52,280 nucleotides of DNA from NCBI GenBank assembly GCA_045613965.1, contig JAZLBY010000099.1:1-52280 (forward strand). Reading direction: 5' to 3'. The notes under the pieces are model-generated. The model saw only the letters and a list, made by a program, of their open reading frames with translations. It made no database searches and was not told where the DNA came from. This stretch comes from Candidatus Scatovivens sp. (GTDB taxonomy: Bacteria; Bacillota; Clostridia; TANB77; CAG-508). Both the position numbers and the translations under genes were made by a program. Shown here piece by piece: positions 47,407-52,280 of this stretch (position 1 is the stretch's first letter; every line of letters begins with the position of its first letter).

Positions 47407-49045
47407 AAACGAATTTGATTTGTTATTAAAAGAAATATCTCAAATTGAAAATAAAATAGATGAACTAAAAGTATTAAATCAATTTGATAAAGCTAAAGAG
47501 TTTGAAAACATTCTTGCTGAAATTAGAGAAAAAGCAAAAACTATTCAACTTGATAGACAAGAATTATCAAGAGGTTTTGACAGTGTTTCAATTGAAGTTT
47601 TATATGAATTAATTAGTTTAAAATCAGATGTTGATTATTTCGTTTTAAAAACTAATAATATTATCGAAAGTGTTGATGAAAATAGAATTGATGCAGAAGC
47701 ATTACAAAAAATAAAAACATTATGGGAAAATTTAGATAAATATATTAGTTATTGGAATGAATCGACACAAGAACATAATCCTATTGAAGAAATGGATTAT
47801 AATAAACATATCGGAAATTTAACTTTAGAGATTATTATTTATCAATTACAAATTGAAGGTGTTTTAAATTATCATAAAGTATTTAAATATTGTAAAAAAG
47901 AATATTTAATTAATGCTATAAAAGAAACATTATTTGAAGGAGCTAAAGAAGAGTTTCAAGATTCAATAAAAAGAAGATTGCTTACTGATTTAGCTAGAAA
48001 TTTAACTGAAAAAGATCTGTATGATTATAAATTATGGCAACAAGTATTAATGATAAAAAATGTAAGGTCAAGAGATGATCATATTGAAATAATGGGAAAT
48101 GTTTTAGAACAAGATTCTAGAAAATATGGAATAAAACATCATTATGCTAAACCAGAAAAAGAAGCAAACACAACTCTTGAAAAATATGAAGATTATTCAA
48201 TAATTAAATCTATTAAAGAGTGGCTATTAAATATTAATGAAGCTGCTAATCAAAGAAAAATGGATTTTAATTGGGGTAAAAATAAAGGACCTGCATTTAA
48301 AATTGAATACGTAGATGGTACAATTAGATACGCAAGAGAGAAACTTAATTTAGATGATACTCAAAATGCTAGAAAATTGACACTTGCAAGCAATGGAGTT
48401 GCAAAATATAATTTTGATAAAAATGCACATTTATCTAATTTAGAAGAATTAGAAATATATGAAGAAAAAAACACATCAGGAATAAATATTAGCCCTGATA
48501 AAACATATAATTGTATAGGAAATGGAGCATTTGCTGATTGCCAAAAATTAAGCAAAATTTCATTTGGTAAGATTGAAGTTATTGGAGATGAAGCATTTAA
48601 GAATTGTACAAGTTTAACAAGTTTAGAATTTTCAAAAAATATTAAAAATATTGGTGAAGATGCGTTCTTAAATTGTAAAAATTTATTAAAAGTAGAATTT
48701 TTAGGTGATTTACAGCTTTATATGGTAGAAAGACCACAAAATATATTAGATTGTTTTAAAGGAACTAATTTAAAACAAATTATTTTCCCAAATTTAGATA
48801 CAGCATTTAATTTTGCAATTGCTAATTGTCCATTTTTAGAAAGTATTTATATCTCTAATTTACAAAATATTTCATTACCGTTTAAAGTGTGTAAATATAG
48901 ATTGGGAAGAGAAGAAGGTGTAGTTACTTTTATTGGAGAAAAAGCATTAACTTTATGGAAAAAAAGAAATGCATCTATTAGATTTTTTGAATTAACTGAT
49001 GAGGATAAGATGAAATTCTTTAACTCAAAAGTTGAAGAACAATAA
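47396..49045 (+). CDS. coiled-coil protein with C-terminal BspA/TpLRR (LRR_5) leucine-rich repeats
   Basis: IGNGAFADCQKL, IGDEAFKNCTSL and IGEDAFLNCKNL repeats. No signal peptide. Overlaps the HD gene. Confidence 0.8.
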   Translation: MINKNEFDLLLKEISQIENKIDELKVLNQFDKAKEFENILAEIREKAKTIQLDRQELSRGFDSVSIEVLYELISLKSDVDYFVLKTNNIIESVDENRIDAEALQKIKTLWENLDKYISYWNESTQEHNPIEEMDYNKHIGNLTLEIIIYQLQIEGVLNYHKVFKYCKKEYLINAIKETLFEGAKEEFQDSIKRRLLTDLARNLTEKDLYDYKLWQQVLMIKNVRSRDDHIEIMGNVLEQDSRKYGIKHHYAKPEKEANTTLEKYEDYSIIKSIKEWLLNINEAANQRKMDFNWGKNKGPAFKIEYVDGTIRYAREKLNLDDTQNARKLTLASNGVAKYNFDKNAHLSNLEELEIYEEKNTSGINISPDKTYNCIGNGAFADCQKLSKISFGKIEVIGDEAFKNCTSLTSLEFSKNIKNIGEDAFLNCKNLLKVEFLGDLQLYMVERPQNILDCFKGTNLKQIIFPNLDTAFNFAIANCPFLESIYISNLQNISLPFKVCKYRLGREEGVVTFIGEKALTLWKKRNASIRFFELTDEDKMKFFNSKVEEQ

Positions 49046-49070
49046 ATTTATTTTTTATAACTATAATTTT

Positions 49071-49106
49071 TGAAAGGTAAGCGTTTTTGCTTGCCTTTCA
49101 TTTTTT
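49071..49106 (+). terminator. intrinsic terminator
   Basis: TGAAAGGTAAGC-loop-GCTTGCCTTTCA followed by a T-tract. Confidence 0.8.
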
Positions 49107-49145
49107 ATGGATATATAATTAAATTGCAAATAGAAAGGAGTTCTT

Positions 49146-49634
49146 ATGAAGATTATTTTTTTAGATAAAGATGGTGTTGTAAATTCTGATAAATATTTTG
49201 ATTCAATAAAAGGAAAAGAAGTATCGGATTTGGAATATGACGTTGATTTAAAAACAATTGATATGCTTGAAAAAATTGTAAACGAAACTGGTTCAAAAAT
49301 AGTTGTTACAGCATCAGCAAGATATACCATAGGAGCAAGACCTTTTTTAGACGAATTAAAAAGAAGAAATATGTATTTAGATAGAACTCCACTAATTCAC
49401 AATGAAAGAGGAATTGAAATTAGACAATGGCTTATAGATAATCCTGGAGTTGAAGATTATGTTATTTTAGATGATGAGATTTATAGATCTCTTGATGATA
49501 AACAAAAAGAAAAACTTGTAAAAACTAATGGTGATGGAATAAGTTTTGGAGAAGGATTAACTAGTAAAGAAGCTGATGAAATAATAAAAAGATTTGGAAA
49601 AATAAAATCAAAAGAACAAGGGGAAAGAGAGTAA
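49146..49634 (+). CDS. HAD-superfamily protein (Swiss-Army-Knife RNA-repair-like HAD family)
   Basis: KIIFLDKDGVVN, KIVVTAS.R, RGIEIRQWL, YVILDD and GLT motifs. Confidence 0.8.
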   Translation: MKIIFLDKDGVVNSDKYFDSIKGKEVSDLEYDVDLKTIDMLEKIVNETGSKIVVTASARYTIGARPFLDELKRRNMYLDRTPLIHNERGIEIRQWLIDNPGVEDYVILDDEIYRSLDDKQKEKLVKTNGDGISFGEGLTSKEADEIIKRFGKIKSKEQGERE

Positions 49635-49838
49635 ATTTTCATATACAATATAATTGACAAAAAGAGCGATAGAAATATCGTTCTTTTATTTTGTAAAACT
49701 TAACATAATTACTATTTAAGTATTGTATTTTTATTGCTGGTTTGATATAATATTTGAAGTTTTTATAAGAAATTAAATTAATGTACTAAATATACCTTTA
49801 TAGCTAAGGAGCTTTTATTACATTAAATTGGAGGAAAA

Positions 49839-51797
49839 ATGTTTAAATTAGTATCAGAATACAAACCAACAGGTGATCAACCTAAAGCTATTGATTACTT
49901 AGTTGACGGTATCGAAAAGGGTAAAAAATTTCAAACATTATTAGGAGTAACAGGTTCAGGAAAAACCTTTACAATGGCAAATATTATTGAGAGAACTCAA
50001 AAACCTACTTTAGTTTTAGCTCATAATAAAACTTTAGCAGGTCAATTATACTCTGAATTTAAAGAGTTCTTTCCAGAAAACAGAGTAGAATATTTCGTTA
50101 GTTATTACGATTATTATCAACCAGAAGCTTATATTGCATCATCAGATACATATATTGAGAAAGATGCTTCTATCAATGATGAGATTGATAAATTACGTCA
50201 CTCAGCAACAGCTTCTTTATTTGAAACTAGAGATGTAATAGTAGTTGCATCTGTTTCTTGCATATATGGTTTAGGAGATCCAATAGACTATGAAAATATG
50301 ATAGTTTCACTTCGTCCTGGTATGCAAAAAGAAAGAAACGAAATTATGAAAAAACTTGTTAATATGCAATATACAAGAAATGAAATGGATTTTAAACGTG
50401 GTACTTTTAGAGCAAAAGGTGATATTTTAGAAATATTCCCATCAAATAGAGAAGAAACTGCAATTAGAGTTGAATTTTGGGGAGATGAAATTGAAAGAAT
50501 TTCTGAGATTAATCCTTTAACAGGAAAAGCTGAAGCTTTACGTGAACACGTAATGATTTATCCAAATTCACATTATGTAACAAGTAAAGAAAAAATAGAA
50601 AGAGCTATTGTAACAATAGACGAAGAAATGGAAGAAAGAAAAAAATACTTCCAAGAAAATAATAAATTAATTGAAGCACAACGTATAGAAGAAAGAACAA
50701 ACTTTGATATTGAAATGCTTAAAGAAACAGGATTTTGTCAAGGTATTGAGAACTATTCTAGACATATAACTGGAAGAGAAGCTGGTAGTCCACCATATAC
50801 ATTATTCGATTATTTCCCAGATGATTACTTGCTTTTAATTGATGAATCACATGCTACAGTTCCACAAGTTAGAGCTATGTACAATGGTGATAGAGCAAGA
50901 AAAGAATCATTAGTAAATTATGGTTTTAGACTTCCATCTGCATTTGATAATAGACCTTTAAAATTCGAAGAATTTGAAGATAGAATTAATCAATGCGTGT
51001 TTGTTAGTGCAACACCAGCTGACTATGAAAAACAAAATGCAAAAGATAATGTTGTTGAACAAATTATACGTCCAACAGGATTACTAGATCCTAAAATAGA
51101 AGTAAAACCAACAGAAAATCAAATTGATGATTTAATGGAACAAATTGATATACAAGTTAAAAAAGGAGACAGAGTTTTAGTTACAACATTAACTAAAAAA
51201 ATGGCTGAAGATTTAACTGCATATTTAAGAAGTGCTGGAATTAGAGTAAGATATATGCACTCTGAAATTAAAGCATTAGAGAGAATGGAAATAATTAGAG
51301 ATCTTCGAATTGGAGAGTTTGATGTTTTAGTTGGAATTAACCTTTTAAGAGAAGGTTTAGATATACCAGAAGTATCATTAGTAACTATATTAGACGCTGA
51401 TAAAGAAGGATTCTTACGTTCAGAACGTTCTTTAATTCAAACAATAGGACGTGCCGCAAGAAATACTGAAGGAAGAGTTATAATGTATGCTGATGAACTA
51501 ACAGAATCCATGGAAAAAGCGATTTCTGAAACTAATAGAAGAAGAGCTATACAAGAAAAATACAATAAAGATAATGGAATTGAACCAAAGACAATCAGAA
51601 AATCTGTTAGAGACGTTATTAAAGCAACTATTGTTGAAGATATTCAAAGCAAATTTAATATCAGTAAAGATGAATCTATTGAAGATATTATTTCTAAACT
51701 TACAGATGAAATGTTAAATTATGCAAAAAATATGGAATTTGAAAAAGCTGCTGAATTAAGAGATAAAATTAAAGAATTAGAAAACATGATGGATTAA
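49839..51797 (+). CDS. uvrB: excinuclease ABC subunit B
   Basis: [41 protein letters not shown] and C-terminal UVR domain. Confidence 0.98.
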   Translation: MFKLVSEYKPTGDQPKAIDYLVDGIEKGKKFQTLLGVTGSGKTFTMANIIERTQKPTLVLAHNKTLAGQLYSEFKEFFPENRVEYFVSYYDYYQPEAYIASSDTYIEKDASINDEIDKLRHSATASLFETRDVIVVASVSCIYGLGDPIDYENMIVSLRPGMQKERNEIMKKLVNMQYTRNEMDFKRGTFRAKGDILEIFPSNREETAIRVEFWGDEIERISEINPLTGKAEALREHVMIYPNSHYVTSKEKIERAIVTIDEEMEERKKYFQENNKLIEAQRIEERTNFDIEMLKETGFCQGIENYSRHITGREAGSPPYTLFDYFPDDYLLLIDESHATVPQVRAMYNGDRARKESLVNYGFRLPSAFDNRPLKFEEFEDRINQCVFVSATPADYEKQNAKDNVVEQIIRPTGLLDPKIEVKPTENQIDDLMEQIDIQVKKGDRVLVTTLTKKMAEDLTAYLRSAGIRVRYMHSEIKALERMEIIRDLRIGEFDVLVGINLLREGLDIPEVSLVTILDADKEGFLRSERSLIQTIGRAARNTEGRVIMYADELTESMEKAISETNRRRAIQEKYNKDNGIEPKTIRKSVRDVIKATIVEDIQSKFNISKDESIEDIISKLTDEMLNYAKNMEFEKAAELRDKIKELENMMD

Positions 51798-51957
51798 TAA
51801 AAATGGCCAACAAAATAGTTGGTCTTTTTTATAACATGTGCGTTTACATAAAACAACAAAAAGCTTGCATAATATAGCATTTTTTGGTATAATAGAAATA
51901 GTTGTTTTATTAGAGTGATGCGCAATTAGTAAGAAAATTGTTAAGAGAGGAAAAACG

Positions 51958-52280
51958 ATGGAAAAAATAGTTAGTATAGAAGATGTAGACATTAGAATAT
52001 TAACTGTAAAATGGAGAGAACACGATATCGGATATTTAATGAAAGAACATGGTGTAGGTTACTTATATAAATATAATCCTGATGGTATGAAAAAAGCTAA
52101 AGAAGATGGTTTTCCATACTTAATTGGATTTAAAGATTTAAGAAAAGTATATGCATCAACAGATCTTTTCCCAGTATTTAAATCAAGAGTTCCAACTAAA
52201 CAAAGAAGAGATTTAACTGAGAAATTAGTTAGTTTAGGATTTGAAACTTATGATGAATTTGATTATCTTGTTGCAACTGG
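51958..52280 (+). CDS. HipA N-terminal-like domain protein (partial, runs off the window)
   Basis: GAGG RBS. Translates MEKIVSIEDV...IGYL...YLYKY...GFPYLIGFKDLRKVYASTDLFPVFKSRVPTKQRRDL...LGFETYDEFDYLVAT, resembling HipA-coupled/HIRAN-associated N-terminal domains. Not in the ORF track because there is no stop in the window. Confidence 0.6.
   Translation, partial: MEKIVSIEDVDIRILTVKWREHDIGYLMKEHGVGYLYKYNPDGMKKAKEDGFPYLIGFKDLRKVYASTDLFPVFKSRVPTKQRRDLTEKLVSLGFETYDEFDYLVAT

Noticed and set aside
49635..49838. LexA/SOS box upstream of uvrB
   Set aside because: No GAAC-N4-GTTC found. The dyad at about 49659-49688 is a terminator-type hairpin.
4055..51992. Other short antisense or alternative-frame ORFs in the track (e.g. 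4055, 7960, 9721, 11344, 21250, 21532, 29393, 30021, 42861, 49061, 51777)
   Set aside because: They overlap better-supported genes and lack RBS or family motifs.
1..52280. CRISPR array, prophage, IS element, rRNA or tRNA
   Set aside because: No regularly spaced repeats, phage structural genes, transposases or structured RNA genes were visible. The repeats found are coding low-complexity tracts.

Overview
A 52 kb, very AT-rich (about 25% GC by spot counts) chromosomal segment of a low-GC, spore-forming Clostridia-type Bacillota. The gut TANB77/CAG-508-like flavour is my impression, not a tested assignment. Most genes are on the + strand. Core genes: metG (3' part), tmk, fba, smpB, cyclophilin, PBP1A, spoVM, rpmB, rpmE, dacF-like carboxypeptidase, pfkA, tig, clpP, clpX, an RluA-family synthase and uvrB. 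These are mixed with small accessory enzymes (Nudix, HD, GNAT, SprT, GIY-YIG, CobW, MFS, rhomboid, LCP). I saw no rRNA, tRNA, CRISPR, integrase or transposase. The most unusual signal is five solitary, monocistronic, GC-richer (about 40-45%) genes at ~11.2, 18.4, 22.3, 30.0 and 42.0 kb, scattered between host operons. Two long ones contain no TTA, CTA or TCA codon at all, although TTA is the host's main Leu codon. Four of the five carry a palindromic TTAYRTA(A/G) motif just inside the -35 box of their promoter, and all end in long GC-rich hairpins. Other oddities: a type IV prepilin-like leader fused to a catalytically dead sortase fold, a HipA/CtkA-like pseudokinase behind fba, and a cell-wall-anchored papain-like protease splitting tig from clpP-clpX.
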